Positions 48,471-59,041 of a stretch of DNA of 64,000 bases are shown here, piece after piece. Origin of the DNA: Nitrososphaeraceae archaeon (GTDB lineage: Archaea > Thermoproteota > Nitrososphaeria > Nitrososphaerales > Nitrososphaeraceae); assembly GCA_044870765.1 (NCBI GenBank), contig JBIOZG010000005.1:1-64000 (forward strand), read 5' to 3'. The translations under genes and the position numbers were made by a program. The notes under the pieces are model-generated. The model worked only from the letters and a program-made list of their open reading frames with translations, was not told the origin of the DNA and did no database searches. The first letter of the stretch is position 1; each line of letters starts with the position of its first letter.

Positions 48471-49742
48471 CTATATTATCTGGTCTAAATATTTGTCAAT
48501 TTCATTAATACTCTGCTTCTGTTCCTTTGATCCAGATTTTATAGTAACGATGTCTTTCTTGAATTCATCAAAGCTTATGATAATTATGGCAACTGCTTTT
48601 TTGAGGGCAGCTTCGTGAAACTGTTTGCTTACTGTTCTGCCATTTATGTCATAATCAGTTGCATACCCAAGATTCCTTAATTTTGAAACCACTTCAATTG
48701 CATGTTTTTTTTCTTCTCTGGAACTGTAAGTGACATAAATTAGGGGCCTTTGGATTGTCTTGTTTGATTTGTCTTTGATGGCTGTAAGAATCCTTTCCAC
48801 GCCACCTGCGGCACCGGTTGCAAACAAATCCTTTCTACCAAACGCTTCTGTCAATCTATCATATCTGCCGCCACCCACAAGCGATCCAATCTGCGATGTT
48901 TGATCTTTGGCTTCAAATACAATGCCCGAATAATAATCAAGTCCTCGGACTATCCTAAAATCTACCATCAAGTTGCTTACCTGTCTTGATTTTAAAGAGT
49001 CTACAAGTTCCACAAGGACTTTGGATGACTCAAATTCACTTACCTTACTGTTTTCTAGCATTTTCTCAGGTGTGCCGTTAAAGGAGACAAATTCAATAAA
49101 TTTTCGCAAACTGGCCGAGTCAAGCTTTTGCTTATATTCTTCAACTATGTGCTCACTACTTCTTTTGGCAAGTTTATCAATTGCCCTCATCATTTCATTT
49201 ACAGTGCTATTGTCTGTAATCCCAAGAGACCTTGTCAAGTATTCTTCTAAAATAGATCTATGGTTTAATGCAATGACAAAATCAATTCCCAATTTTTTCA
49301 AGAAGTGTGAAACAAACTCTATAGTTTCAGCATCAGCATCTACCTCTGGCGATCCGAATATTTCGATATCCCATTGATGAAAATATCTGTATCTGCCTAA
49401 CTGTGGTTCGTCATAACGCCAGACACCTCCAAATGATGATAGTTTTGCTGGGAGTTTAAGGTCTCTTCGCATAGAAACAAATCTAGACAATCCTATGGTA
49501 AGGTCAAAGCGTAATGCTATATTTCGTCCACCTTTATCCGTAAAGCTGTATGTTTCATCAATTATTGATGGCCCGCTTTTGGCTTCTAGAGTGGATAATA
49601 ATTCCAGCGTTGAAGGCTCTGTTTGCTTAAAGTCAAAGATTTCTGCAGTTTCTACGAATTTGTCTCTAATATGGGATATATTTCCTAATTCCTCATATTG
49701 CAAATCCCTCATTCCTCGCGGAAGGTCTAACTTCACAATCAT
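48471..49742 (-). CDS. hisS: Histidine--tRNA ligase
   Basis: PRGMRD, LRFDLT, WRYDEPQLGRYR, RGLDYY, GGGRYD, anticodon-binding tail. Confidence 0.96.
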   Translation of the reverse strand: MIVKLDLPRGMRDLQYEELGNISHIRDKFVETAEIFDFKQTEPSTLELLSTLEAKSGPSIIDETYSFTDKGGRNIALRFDLTIGLSRFVSMRRDLKLPAKLSSFGGVWRYDEPQLGRYRYFHQWDIEIFGSPEVDADAETIEFVSHFLKKLGIDFVIALNHRSILEEYLTRSLGITDNSTVNEMMRAIDKLAKRSSEHIVEEYKQKLDSASLRKFIEFVSFNGTPEKMLENSKVSEFESSKVLVELVDSLKSRQVSNLMVDFRIVRGLDYYSGIVFEAKDQTSQIGSLVGGGRYDRLTEAFGRKDLFATGAAGGVERILTAIKDKSNKTIQRPLIYVTYSSREEKKHAIEVVSKLRNLGYATDYDINGRTVSKQFHEAALKKAVAIIIISFDEFKKDIVTIKSGSKEQKQSINEIDKYLDQII

Positions 49743-49806
49743 GAGGATCGTGTATCATCATTTAGATTTTGCGATTAGTTATAATAATGCAGCAGAAAAA
49801 CAGACA

Positions 49807-50238
49807 TTGTTGGCCGGAGGTTACAGATATCTTGACCATGTCACCGATGCATATATTGAGGCGTACGGTGACAGCATGGAAGAAGCATTTTCGTACGCAG
49901 CCAAAGGAACAATCAATGTAATGTTTGATATTAACGAAATTCGGGGCAAAAGCAAATTAGAATTTGAAGTAGATGGACATGACCATCCCGAATTATTATT
50001 CAACTGGTTGGAAAGGATACTTTTACTTATTGCAATAGATAACAAGGTAATGTCAAATTTTGAGATAAAAATTTCTAAACTGGAATCCAAGTATCGACTG
50101 ACAGCATTGACAATGACAGATTTAATAGACTTGTCAAAACATGGCTATAGGACCGAAATAAAAGGGGTGACCTACCATGAAATGGAAGTTTTACAGGAAG
50201 GAGATTTGAATAAAGTAAGGTTCATACTTGATTTATAG
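49807..50238 (+). CDS. Archease (TTG start about 49807-49810)
   Basis: YRYLDHVTDAYIEAYG, EIKGVTYH, FILDL. Confidence 0.92.
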   Translation: MLAGGYRYLDHVTDAYIEAYGDSMEEAFSYAAKGTINVMFDINEIRGKSKLEFEVDGHDHPELLFNWLERILLLIAIDNKVMSNFEIKISKLESKYRLTALTMTDLIDLSKHGYRTEIKGVTYHEMEVLQEGDLNKVRFILDL

Positions 50239-50362
50239 TGAACCGAAAAGGCTCAAAACATTACGAGACCAACATTTTAGAAGGACTTACAATAGGTAGT
50301 GTAGAAATTTTTGTTGTTGCCTTACAAGATTTAAATATCAATTCAGATGATAAATTGTAACA

Positions 50363-50701
50363 ATGAGTTCTGATTCTAATAAGCCTGCGCTTGTTGAATT
50401 GTCCGAAAAAAACTTTGATGAAATAATAGGGGGCAATAAGCCCGTACTAGTAGATTTTTGGGCAACATGGTGTGGACCATGTCAGTTCATGCTTCCAATA
50501 TTTGACAAGCTTGCCAAAAAGTATGAAGAGAAAGTTATTTTTGGAAGACTGAATGTTGATGACAACCAGGGAGTGGCAATGAGGTTTGACGTCTACGCAA
50601 TTCCTACATTCATCGTATTTATGAATGGAAAGCTAGTCGAAAAAGCAGTCGGCGCTGTTGGCGAGAAGGGGCTAGAAGGTTTACTAGAAAAGTACCAGTA
50701 A
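50363..50701 (+). CDS. trxA: Thioredoxin
   Basis: VDFWATWCGPC, IPT. Confidence 0.96.
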   Translation: MSSDSNKPALVELSEKNFDEIIGGNKPVLVDFWATWCGPCQFMLPIFDKLAKKYEEKVIFGRLNVDDNQGVAMRFDVYAIPTFIVFMNGKLVEKAVGAVGEKGLEGLLEKYQ

Positions 50702-50721
50702 CAAAATTTTGAATCTTAATT

Positions 50722-52506
50722 TCACAGATATCCAAACGCAGGATCTGATTCACGTTTTTTTGATAATATAAAATTAAAAATTTCCTGCTCCTCTTCGCTG
50801 AGTTTGTCTGAAAATCTTTCCAGCAGTATTCTTGCTTGTCTGCTGTTAAGATCTGTATAAAAAACATCGCCTTCATTTATCTGTCTGCCAATCGTAGGTT
50901 CCTTTATGGAAAGAGCTACCTGTGTTCCTCTATCGGCGATATCTAGGTTTTTGCCTTCATTTTGTATTTGATGTACCACACCAATTTTCTTACCATCTTG
51001 ATTTATTACAGTAATCTTTTGCCTTAATTTACCGACTAGTATCTCGGCACCAAATACTGCGGGGTTGTTCCTTCTGAAAACATAACCTTTCATGAACTGA
51101 AATTTGCAGATAGGGGGTATTTCATTAAAAATAATTGAATCTTCGTGAACTTTTTCATAATCTACCCATTCAGAGTAACTTCTAACTAAATTGTAGATTA
51201 TTTTTTCGTTAAATATTTTTATTTTCCTTTCAAAGGCTTCCTTTTCTGCATCTTCAAAGACCTTTACATTGAATCCAAGAACCACTCCTAGGTAACGATC
51301 TTTCTCTCTAACGGCAGAGGCAGAGAGGATATCCCTGCGAGTAATAGTCCCTAGATCAGCGGATCTAATTGGTATGTTATCTTTTTTCAAAAGTTCAGTA
51401 ATAGCTTCAATTGATCCTATGGTATCGCATCGCAAAATTATGCCGTTGGTCTCTGTTTGTATTATCGCTGATCTAATCTCGGACTCTATACTTATTTTTA
51501 ATTTTTCTTCGTCCTCAGGCCGTTTAACAACATAGAGTGGACTTCCAGCAAGTACACCTTCAAGGTCAGGCGAGGTTATTTTCAGACCTGCAGCAGCAGT
51601 AACTTTATCGACATGTCTAAATTTATCCCTGGGATCTCTCATTTCATCCAGTGGTTTTGGAAGTAGTAGTGCCTTGATTTTAGTGGTGGTAACAGTATCT
51701 TTTTTACCGACAACAATTCTGTCTCCTTGCTTTAGGGTACCGTCTAAAAGTATAATATTTGCTGACGGTCCCAGTCCTATTTCATCATTAACTTCAAGCA
51801 CAAGACCTCTTGTTTCCGTTTCATGTCGCTCCAGCCTTTTGGACAAGTATTGTTGGGTCAATCCCACCAGTACGGCCAGTAGTTCTGGTATTCCAGTTCC
51901 TCTTACGGCACTTACAGGAACAATTGCCAGTTCCTTAGTAAAATCTTTAACCCGCCAGAATGCCTCAGAATTATATCCTAATCGAGAAAGGGCACCAACA
52001 ACAGTGTAAATTTTTTCATCTAGAAATGACACAATGGAGGTATCTTGAATCTTTAATTGTTCTGCAACCAGGATCGAATCATTTTTTTTCCAACCTGATA
52101 TTTGATCTATCTTATTGAGGGCTATGACAAATGGGACCTTTCTCTTTTTTAATATATCCAAACTTTCAATCGTTTGCGCCTCAAGTCCTTTGTTAACATC
52201 TACTACTACAATGGCAATATCCGCTGCTGAACCACCCCTCATGCGGAGATTTGCAAAAACTTCATGACCGGGAGTATCTATTACGAGTAGGCCTGGAACG
52301 GGATTTTCTGATTTGGACAGCTGGTCAAATAACTTGCCTGTAATATCTTTGATTGTTTCAATCGGAAAATAGCTTGCGCCAATGTGTTGGGTTATTCCTC
52401 CCTCTTCTCTGGATTGTACAGCCGTTCCACGAATTTTGTCAAGTAAGGAGGTTTTGCCGGAGTCTACATGACCTAATACAACTACAACAGGTTGGCGAAG
52501 TTCCAC
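50722..52506 (-). CDS. infB: Translation initiation factor aIF5B (IF-2)
   Basis: GHVDSGKT, GGITQHIGA, DTPGHE, NKID, PKPLDEMRDP. Confidence 0.97.
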   Translation of the reverse strand: MELRQPVVVVLGHVDSGKTSLLDKIRGTAVQSREEGGITQHIGASYFPIETIKDITGKLFDQLSKSENPVPGLLVIDTPGHEVFANLRMRGGSAADIAIVVVDVNKGLEAQTIESLDILKKRKVPFVIALNKIDQISGWKKNDSILVAEQLKIQDTSIVSFLDEKIYTVVGALSRLGYNSEAFWRVKDFTKELAIVPVSAVRGTGIPELLAVLVGLTQQYLSKRLERHETETRGLVLEVNDEIGLGPSANIILLDGTLKQGDRIVVGKKDTVTTTKIKALLLPKPLDEMRDPRDKFRHVDKVTAAAGLKITSPDLEGVLAGSPLYVVKRPEDEEKLKISIESEIRSAIIQTETNGIILRCDTIGSIEAITELLKKDNIPIRSADLGTITRRDILSASAVREKDRYLGVVLGFNVKVFEDAEKEAFERKIKIFNEKIIYNLVRSYSEWVDYEKVHEDSIIFNEIPPICKFQFMKGYVFRRNNPAVFGAEILVGKLRQKITVINQDGKKIGVVHQIQNEGKNLDIADRGTQVALSIKEPTIGRQINEGDVFYTDLNSRQARILLERFSDKLSEEEQEIFNFILSKKRESDPAFGYL

Positions 52507-52914
52507 TTAATTAAAAATGATTTTAGACTCTTTTATGAAGCTTTCAGCCGAATCGGAAGCATGTATTATATTATCAGTAAATCCAAGTCCAAAATCTCCC
52601 CTGATTGTCCCCGGTTGAGCTTCTGTTGACTTGGTGTTTCCAACCATTACCCTTACTGTTGAAATTGCATTATTTCCTTCTAAAATACACCCGACTGTCT
52701 TACCAGAACATATGAATGAAACTAGCTCGTTGAAAAAATACTTATCTTTATGTGCATCGTAGAATTTGCGTGCCGTATCTGTATCAAACTGAAAGGACCT
52801 GAGATTCACTATCTGAAAGCCCTTCTCTTCAAATCTGGAAATAATTTTTCCAACAATTCCCTTCTTGAAACCATCAGGTTTTACCACAATGAGGGTCTGC
52901 TCTAAATTAGACAT
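52507..52914 (-). CDS. ndk: Nucleoside diphosphate kinase
   Basis: KPDG, PGTIRGDF, NIIHASDS. Confidence 0.96.
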   Translation of the reverse strand: MSNLEQTLIVVKPDGFKKGIVGKIISRFEEKGFQIVNLRSFQFDTDTARKFYDAHKDKYFFNELVSFICSGKTVGCILEGNNAISTVRVMVGNTKSTEAQPGTIRGDFGLGFTDNIIHASDSAESFIKESKIIFN

Positions 52915-52924
52915 TTCCTAGCTC

Positions 52925-53134
52925 TTATTTTTTGACCTTAATTCCACCCTTAACGTACTTTCGAGTCCATTTCAGTTTTCTTGGATCTCGTTTTAATTTC
53001 ATGTTCTTTTTACATTTAGGTGAACATGTCCACTGAATAGAACCATCATTTTTTACTGACATCATTCCTGCATCAGTAGGAATATGTTTTCCACAAAAGA
53101 AACAATTTCGGAGAGACGCTGCTGCTTTGCTCAA
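52925..53134 (-). CDS. rpl24e: 50S ribosomal protein L24e
   Basis: CFFCG..CSPKC..PRKLKWT. Confidence 0.95.
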   Translation of the reverse strand: MSKAAASLRNCFFCGKHIPTDAGMMSVKNDGSIQWTCSPKCKKNMKLKRDPRKLKWTRKYVKGGIKVKK

Positions 53135-53143
53135 ACAATATCA

Positions 53144-53371
53144 CTACTTTATCTTTCTTGCCTCTCTCTCAGTTTCTCTCAACATCAGTATGTCTTTCAT
53201 CCTAACTGAGCCTTTAACATTTCTTGTGAGAATTCGACCCTTGTCCTTTCCTTCTAGTACCTTTACTCTAACTTGGATTACTTCGCCTGCAATACCGGTT
53301 CTGCCGACTATTTGAATAACTTCTGCGGGAGTTACCCTTACTTCTGCAGCTTTACTCACTAGTAAAATCAC
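53144..53371 (-). CDS. rps28e: 30S ribosomal protein S28e
   Basis: [19 protein letters not shown]. Confidence 0.96.
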   Translation of the reverse strand: MILLVSKAAEVRVTPAEVIQIVGRTGIAGEVIQVRVKVLEGKDKGRILTRNVKGSVRMKDILMLRETEREARKIK

Positions 53372-53763
53372 TCCTTCTTATCTTTGATACTTGAAAGTGT
53401 TCCAATTACTTGGTCAACAATATGCTGACCTTCTCCTGCATCAATTATAGTTGCTGCAGCAGAGCCAACTTCAATTCCAAGTGATTCACCCAATTGTTGC
53501 TTGCTTGGTACAAAAATGTAGGGAGTATTCCTTTCATCGCAAATAATAGGAATATGAGCAACAACTTCTGGCGGTTGCACGTCTTCTGCTATTACAACCA
53601 ATTTGCCTATTCCTCTTTCTATCGCCTTTGTCGTTTCATTAGTCCCTTTTCTAACACTCCCACTCTGTTTGGCTACTCTGACCGCTTCATAGACAGCACT
53701 AACGAGATCTTTTGGAGTTTCAAATTTTACATAAAAAGGTTTACTCATTTTATAATTCATCAC
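53368..53763 (-). CDS. rpl7ae: 50S ribosomal protein L7Ae
   Basis: [21 protein letters not shown]. Confidence 0.96.
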   Translation of the reverse strand: MMNYKMSKPFYVKFETPKDLVSAVYEAVRVAKQSGSVRKGTNETTKAIERGIGKLVVIAEDVQPPEVVAHIPIICDERNTPYIFVPSKQQLGESLGIEVGSAAATIIDAGEGQHIVDQVIGTLSSIKDKKE

Positions 53764-53830
53764 CCATTGGGATCATCTTTAATCTACTGAATAGATGTGG
53801 AGGCGTATTAAAAATGTTGCCGAGCAAATA

Positions 53831-55204
53831 TTATTTTCCACCTAGCGTTTCGTTAACGAGCCGCGTGTATTCGTTAACTTTAGAATTAATCAATAACTCA
53901 TCAGTCGATTCTCCATACATTCTAATCAAAGGTTCAGTACCGCTGGGACGGAGCATTAACCAACTTTCTTCATCAAACCAAATCTTGATGCCATCAAGTG
54001 TTTCTATCTTCATAGGACTGCCATGAGTCTTTGCGTTTTCTATTACTTTTTGAACCACTGTCATATCAGAACAATGAAACTTTGATTTGTGCTGGTAAGC
54101 CATGGGAAGAGAGGATAGCAACTCTGAGAGCGTTTTTTCTTGTGATGCCATTAGGTCGAGCATTAGTGCTGTTGTAAGGGCACCATCTCTAACCTGATTC
54201 AAAATTCCGTACATGAAACCTCCGTTTTCCTCCATACCAATAATGGCGTTTTGTTTTACCATTTCGCGGGAAACCTCAACACTACCTACCTTTGTGTGAA
54301 TAACGCTAGAGCCATTATCCTGTGCAATTTTTGTCAATATGTTAGTTGTGTTTATCGGGCAAACTATTTTGGCTCCCTTGTGTTTTTCAGAAATCAAGTA
54401 TCTGGCCAATAATGTTCCGGTCTTATCACCCCAGTGAATACATCCTTTTTCGTCACAGAAGATGGATCTATCTCCATCACCATCATAAGCAGCGCCAATA
54501 TCGGAATTGGTTTCTTTTGAAATACTACACAGCAAATTGAGGTTAGAAGATGTTGGTTCTGAACCTCTACCTGGAAAATTCCCATCAACAGTTCCGTTAA
54601 GAGTAATTACCGTACATCCAAGTCGTTTTGCAAGTATTGGAGCAACTAGCGCTTGAACCCCATTTCCCAAATCCATTGTTATTTTGAATTTGCGTTGCTT
54701 GATTCTGTCCGTATCGACTAATTTCAGTACTTCCTCAATGTATCTTTCAATTATCATTTCTTCTTTGAAATTGTCCCCTATCTTTGTCGAATTAATGAAC
54801 GCCTTGTTCCTAAAAATCTGTTCCACGATGGTCTCATCGTTTCTTGAAAGCTCAACTCCATCTTTTGCAATAGGTTTTACACCATTATACTCTGGAGGAT
54901 TGTGGGAAGCAGTAATCATGATTCCGCCTTGAAAATGATTCTTTTTTATGGCATATTGAAGACACGGTGTAGGCAAAAGGCCGGCATCAACCGTGTTTAT
55001 ACCATTTGAATTAAGGACTGCGGTAACAATATTGAACATGATCTTGTTTGAATTACGGCCATCTCTACCGACAAGGATTGAACCTTCCTTGTAGTAAGAA
55101 GCCAGTGCATGAATTACATCGACCAAGAAATCTAGAGAGAGATCTTTTCCGAATACTCCTCTGATTCCGTTGGTGCCAAATAATGGCATATTCCTGTTCA
55201 ACAT
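53831..55204 (-). CDS. glmM: Phosphohexomutase (phosphoglucosamine/phosphomannomutase)
   Basis: FGTNGIRG, TASHNP, DGDGDR, GMEENGG, RPSGTEP. Confidence 0.88.
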   Translation of the reverse strand: MLNRNMPLFGTNGIRGVFGKDLSLDFLVDVIHALASYYKEGSILVGRDGRNSNKIMFNIVTAVLNSNGINTVDAGLLPTPCLQYAIKKNHFQGGIMITASHNPPEYNGVKPIAKDGVELSRNDETIVEQIFRNKAFINSTKIGDNFKEEMIIERYIEEVLKLVDTDRIKQRKFKITMDLGNGVQALVAPILAKRLGCTVITLNGTVDGNFPGRGSEPTSSNLNLLCSISKETNSDIGAAYDGDGDRSIFCDEKGCIHWGDKTGTLLARYLISEKHKGAKIVCPINTTNILTKIAQDNGSSVIHTKVGSVEVSREMVKQNAIIGMEENGGFMYGILNQVRDGALTTALMLDLMASQEKTLSELLSSLPMAYQHKSKFHCSDMTVVQKVIENAKTHGSPMKIETLDGIKIWFDEESWLMLRPSGTEPLIRMYGESTDELLINSKVNEYTRLVNETLGGK

Positions 55205-55274
55205 AACTAAACACCAATATATTCTAAATAATAGTTAAATTTGGCCGAATAACCTTCAATAGGCAGACTTCGAT

Positions 55275-55404
55275 GCGGGGGTTGCCAAGCTAGGTCAACG
55301 GCGCAGGTCTCGCTAATTGCGAGTGCGAAGCTTAGAATGGATGACATTCAATTCCTAGATCCCTGTTCCTTAGGGATTCGTGGGTTCAAATCCCACCCCC
55401 CGCA
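55275..55404 (+). tRNA. tRNA-Leu(TAG) with two introns (55308-55329 at 30/31; about 55338-55360 at 38/39)
   Basis: Removing both introns gives an 85-nt class II tRNA GCGGGGG..CAGGG-CTTAGAA-CCCTG..GTGGGTTCAAATCCCACCCCCCGCA. Confidence 0.9.
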
Positions 55405-55491
55405 CACAATTAAGGACCATTACTGGCAGTTGCTATTAGTCAAACTGGCTTCAGATTTAGAAAAAAAATTCACAGGTTGAATTGGATTCTA

Positions 55492-55683
55492 CTATACGCT
55501 ACATAATTTCTTGTGTCTTTCATCGTGAAAATGAATTTCACAAAAATCTGCATTGCATGTATAACAATGCCACCCTGATAGTGTATAGCATACTGAGCAT
55601 TTTCGTGTAGGATTATTATAATCAAAATCCTTTCTTGATTTTTTGAATATTTTTTGTCTTGCTTCAGGACTCATGTCTTGCAA
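55492..55683 (-). CDS. Small B-box-like zinc-finger protein
   Basis: CSVC-x7-CYTC-x4-CEIH-x5-H. Confidence 0.65.
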   Translation of the reverse strand: MQDMSPEARQKIFKKSRKDFDYNNPTRKCSVCYTLSGWHCYTCNADFCEIHFHDERHKKLCSV

Positions 55684-55868
55684 ACCAAATTGTAAAGATC
55701 AATAAAGGAGAACATTTCATTGCTAGTCTATTAGGTATGAATGTAAATGCACCAAATGTGTATTTATCATCGCTTTAGAATTGGTTTTAAGTTATTTAAG
55801 TATTAGTGTTGGATGCATAATTTTTAGAATCCTTTAATTTTGAGGTCTTTCTTTAATCCATTTTAATA

Positions 55869-56735
55869 ATGAACAGAAATGACAGACTCGTAGTCGAGGT
55901 AACAGTTGTTGGCAAAGATAGAAAAGGTGTAGTTGCAGATGTAACTAATTTTATTTTCAAAAATGATGGAAACATTGAGCAGATAAATCAAAGCGTTATC
56001 AACGGACTGTTTGGTATGCAATTGGAGGCGTCATTTCAACAACGCGAATTCAGAAAAGAACCGTTTGATACAGAGCTGAGGTCTCTCGCAAAAAAATTAA
56101 AAATGGAGGTAAAAGTCCATTATGAAGAGCCCAAAAGATTAAAGAATATTGCGATTTTTGTTAGCAAAGAGAGCCATTGCCTCATTAAATTGCTGGATGC
56201 AAAAGCGGCTGGGAAAATACGTGCAAATATTGCTGTAATCGTGGGAAGCGAAAAGACGACCAATTCTATCGCAGGAAAATACCAAATTCCATTTTATCAC
56301 ATAATGCATTCTCAGCAGACTGATGCGGAGATTGAAATTTTGGAGATAATGGATCGTTATAATGTAGATTTGATAGTTCTAGGAAGATACATGCGGATAT
56401 TGACGCCAAATTTTGTTTGGAGATATCCTGATAGGATTATTAATATTCATCCATCATTGTTGCCTGCTTTTCCTGGTGCATATGCATACATACAGGCATA
56501 CGAAAGAGGGGCAAAAATTGTTGGCTGCACAGCCCATTTTGTAACAGAAGATCTTGACCAGGGACCTATTATTTGTCAGGAATCATTTAGAGTTAGACAA
56601 CGAGATACTGTAGAGTCAATCAAAAGAAGGGGACAGAAACTAGAAGCAGTAACATTGCTAGAAGCAGTAACATTATACTTGGAAAACAGAATCCAAGTAA
56701 ATTGGGGACGGGTTGTGGTTAAGAACACGAAATGA
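55869..56735 (+). CDS. purU: Formyltetrahydrofolate deformylase
   Basis: N-terminal ACT domain, VSKESHCL, GRYMRIL, INIHPSLLP, LDQGPII. Confidence 0.95.
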   Translation: MNRNDRLVVEVTVVGKDRKGVVADVTNFIFKNDGNIEQINQSVINGLFGMQLEASFQQREFRKEPFDTELRSLAKKLKMEVKVHYEEPKRLKNIAIFVSKESHCLIKLLDAKAAGKIRANIAVIVGSEKTTNSIAGKYQIPFYHIMHSQQTDAEIEILEIMDRYNVDLIVLGRYMRILTPNFVWRYPDRIINIHPSLLPAFPGAYAYIQAYERGAKIVGCTAHFVTEDLDQGPIICQESFRVRQRDTVESIKRRGQKLEAVTLLEAVTLYLENRIQVNWGRVVVKNTK

Positions 56736-56820
56736 AACTAGGGAACCTATGCAGACACCACAGCGCAAACGTAAACTGTTTTGATTAGTTTAATAACTTA
56801 GTTAGACATTTCTACTGATA

Positions 56821-57519
56821 TTGTCAATAAACAACCTCAGTTTTAGCGATATAAAAAACAAAAAAAGTAGAGCAATAATCCCGCTGGGTTCCATAGAGCA
56901 GCATGGACCGCACCTCCCGGTAACTACTGATATATTGATTGCAGAATATACGGCGAACCAAATCTCAAAAAAAATTCCAGCTCATGTTCTACCCGGTATT
57001 CCTTACGGGGTATCATATGAACACAAACCATTTTTCAACATTTCAATAAATAACGATTTACTATCAGATCTCTTGACTCAGATTTGTGTTTCATTGGCAG
57101 AAAATGGCTTTAGCTCTGTAATCATATTAAATGGCCACCACGGAAACATGGGAGTATTACAATATGTTCCTCAAAAGGTAGCAAGCAAGAATCCAAATTT
57201 GAGTGTATTTGGAATTAACTATTGGAATTTGATAGAAAGGGAATTTGATCATGCAGGTTTTGTTGAAACTTCATTAATGCTGTCTATCAATCCTCAGCTG
57301 GTCCAGATGCATAAAGCCAAGCGCGGATATTCGGATACAAAGAGATTGCGTGCTACATATTCTACATTCCTGAATAATCCATCGTCATTTAAGATTACAA
57401 AAAATGGTGTTTGGGGCGATCCTACTAAAGCAAATAGGCAGGATGGCAGAAAAATAATGTCCATAGCAATTAAGAATATTATTAGGTCGATAAAGGAGCT
57501 GGATGAACTGAGTAGATGA
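56821..57519 (+). CDS. Creatininase-family amidohydrolase
   Basis: GSIEQHGPHLP..D, NGHHGN, DHAGFVETS, GVWGDP. Confidence 0.92.
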   Translation: MSINNLSFSDIKNKKSRAIIPLGSIEQHGPHLPVTTDILIAEYTANQISKKIPAHVLPGIPYGVSYEHKPFFNISINNDLLSDLLTQICVSLAENGFSSVIILNGHHGNMGVLQYVPQKVASKNPNLSVFGINYWNLIEREFDHAGFVETSLMLSINPQLVQMHKAKRGYSDTKRLRATYSTFLNNPSSFKITKNGVWGDPTKANRQDGRKIMSIAIKNIIRSIKELDELSR

Positions 57520-57686
57520 TTTCCACGGTTTTGTTTTGAATTTAGACTTTTTTATTTTAAATATTAGTTAATAGGAATTGAATTAGATCTAGTGATTCAT
57601 ACAATAGTCATTTCAAGACGGATATCAAAATTATTATTAACTTTAATATAGACCTTCATTAAGGAATACCATAGGTAGTGATATAG

Positions 57687-57917
57687 ATGTCCGTTGACAT
57701 GGCTGTAAAAGTACTTGATGAAAGCTTGGGTAAAATAGTTCTGATAAAACTAAAAGGAAGCAAAGTAATTCGTGGGAACCTGCACGGTTTTGACCAACAT
57801 ATGAATTTGCTTCTTGACAATTCTGTAGAATTACTTGACGAAGGAAAATCAAATGAAATTGGAACCATTGTTGTAAGGGGAGATAATGTTGTTATGATAT
57901 CTCCGCCGCCGGTCTAA
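57687..57917 (+). CDS. Sm-like (Lsm) RNA-binding protein
   Basis: GNLHGFDQHMNLLL, VRGDNV; followed by rpl37e as is usual in archaea. Confidence 0.95.
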   Translation: MSVDMAVKVLDESLGKIVLIKLKGSKVIRGNLHGFDQHMNLLLDNSVELLDEGKSNEIGTIVVRGDNVVMISPPPV

Positions 57918-57950
57918 CATCACTTGTCTAGAATATTTGGAGAAAATTGA

Positions 57951-58121
57951 ATGACCAAAGGAACAACTTCAATGGGAAAGTTTACCCGAAAGCGCACTCA
58001 TATAAGGTGCCGTAGATGCGGCCATAACGCATTTCATAAAAGAGACAAGAGATGTGGAAAATGCGGATATCCAGATCCAAAAACTCGAAAATACGATTGG
58101 ATTAAACGGCGAGTTACATAG
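57951..58121 (+). CDS. rpl37e: 50S ribosomal protein L37e (not in ORF track)
   Basis: [56 protein letters not shown]. Confidence 0.97.
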   Translation: MTKGTTSMGKFTRKRTHIRCRRCGHNAFHKRDKRCGKCGYPDPKTRKYDWIKRRVT

Positions 58122-58168
58122 ACATTAAGGATAAGACTTAACAGTATGTTGTAATTTATTACAGTAAG

Positions 58169-58987
58169 TTGGATTTTGTTGTTGCATCATTTTCAATAGG
58201 ATTAGGTGCAATAGCCTCTGTGCTTTTTCGTCAAATTAGAAAGCAGAGAATTGCAAAAACCTACAATAACAAGAACAGTCCAAACCAAGCATACAGTTTC
58301 GATACATCCAAAAATAGCACTGATCTTGAGATGATGAAAAATGAGTTGGATTCATTACAGGTTGAAAGGTCTATCATTGCTAGTTCAGCTAGAAGGGTAG
58401 ATGAGACTTTTAGAGAAGGTAAACTAAGTCAATTAGAATTCGACAGATTAATGTTAAAGTACGGTGAAGATTTAAGAAAATGTGACGAAGAAATAGAGCA
58501 TGCGCGATCGGTTGTAGACCTTTACGATTTGAGCGCAATTAAAAACAATCTTGTTTCTATAGTAGAGAACAAAATCAAAGTTATAGATACAAGATTAACA
58601 GAGCTCTCTGAGAGGAATTTCAAATTGGCAACTACGCCAAAGCGGTCGCGACCTGATATCATAAAAGAGGATTTTGCTAATTCATCATTACGCCAAGAAA
58701 AACTAGATTATTCGTTACGTACGGAGGCAGAAAAAATAAAGAATCTGGAAATGGAAATTAATCAAGCACTTGAAAAACTTGATAGTTTCGAGTCTATAAA
58801 ATCAGGACCAGAATTACAGTCAAAACCAGGAGAAGAATTAGAACCAGAATCCAAACTAAAATCAAAAATAGCATTAGAATTAGGGAAAGAGGAAATACTG
58901 AAAAATAGTTTAGGGACAAGTGATAAACAGAATGTTGCTACCAAAAAGGATCCTCTTAGGAATTTTGCCCCATCAAAGTTGGTCTAA
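58169..58987 (+). CDS. Membrane-anchored coiled-coil hypothetical protein
   Basis: N-terminal hydrophobic anchor, heptad-rich body, FREGKLSQLEFDRL (SHOCT-like). Confidence 0.7.
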   Translation: MDFVVASFSIGLGAIASVLFRQIRKQRIAKTYNNKNSPNQAYSFDTSKNSTDLEMMKNELDSLQVERSIIASSARRVDETFREGKLSQLEFDRLMLKYGEDLRKCDEEIEHARSVVDLYDLSAIKNNLVSIVENKIKVIDTRLTELSERNFKLATTPKRSRPDIIKEDFANSSLRQEKLDYSLRTEAEKIKNLEMEINQALEKLDSFESIKSGPELQSKPGEELEPESKLKSKIALELGKEEILKNSLGTSDKQNVATKKDPLRNFAPSKLV

Positions 58988-59041
58988 AAAATAATTAGAT
59001 GGGGAACATTAATTTTTAAGGATCCATAAATTTCAGAAATA

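Noticed and set aside
49495-49806. Long N-terminal extension of archease
   Set aside because: Mostly antisense to hisS; homology starts at about 49807.
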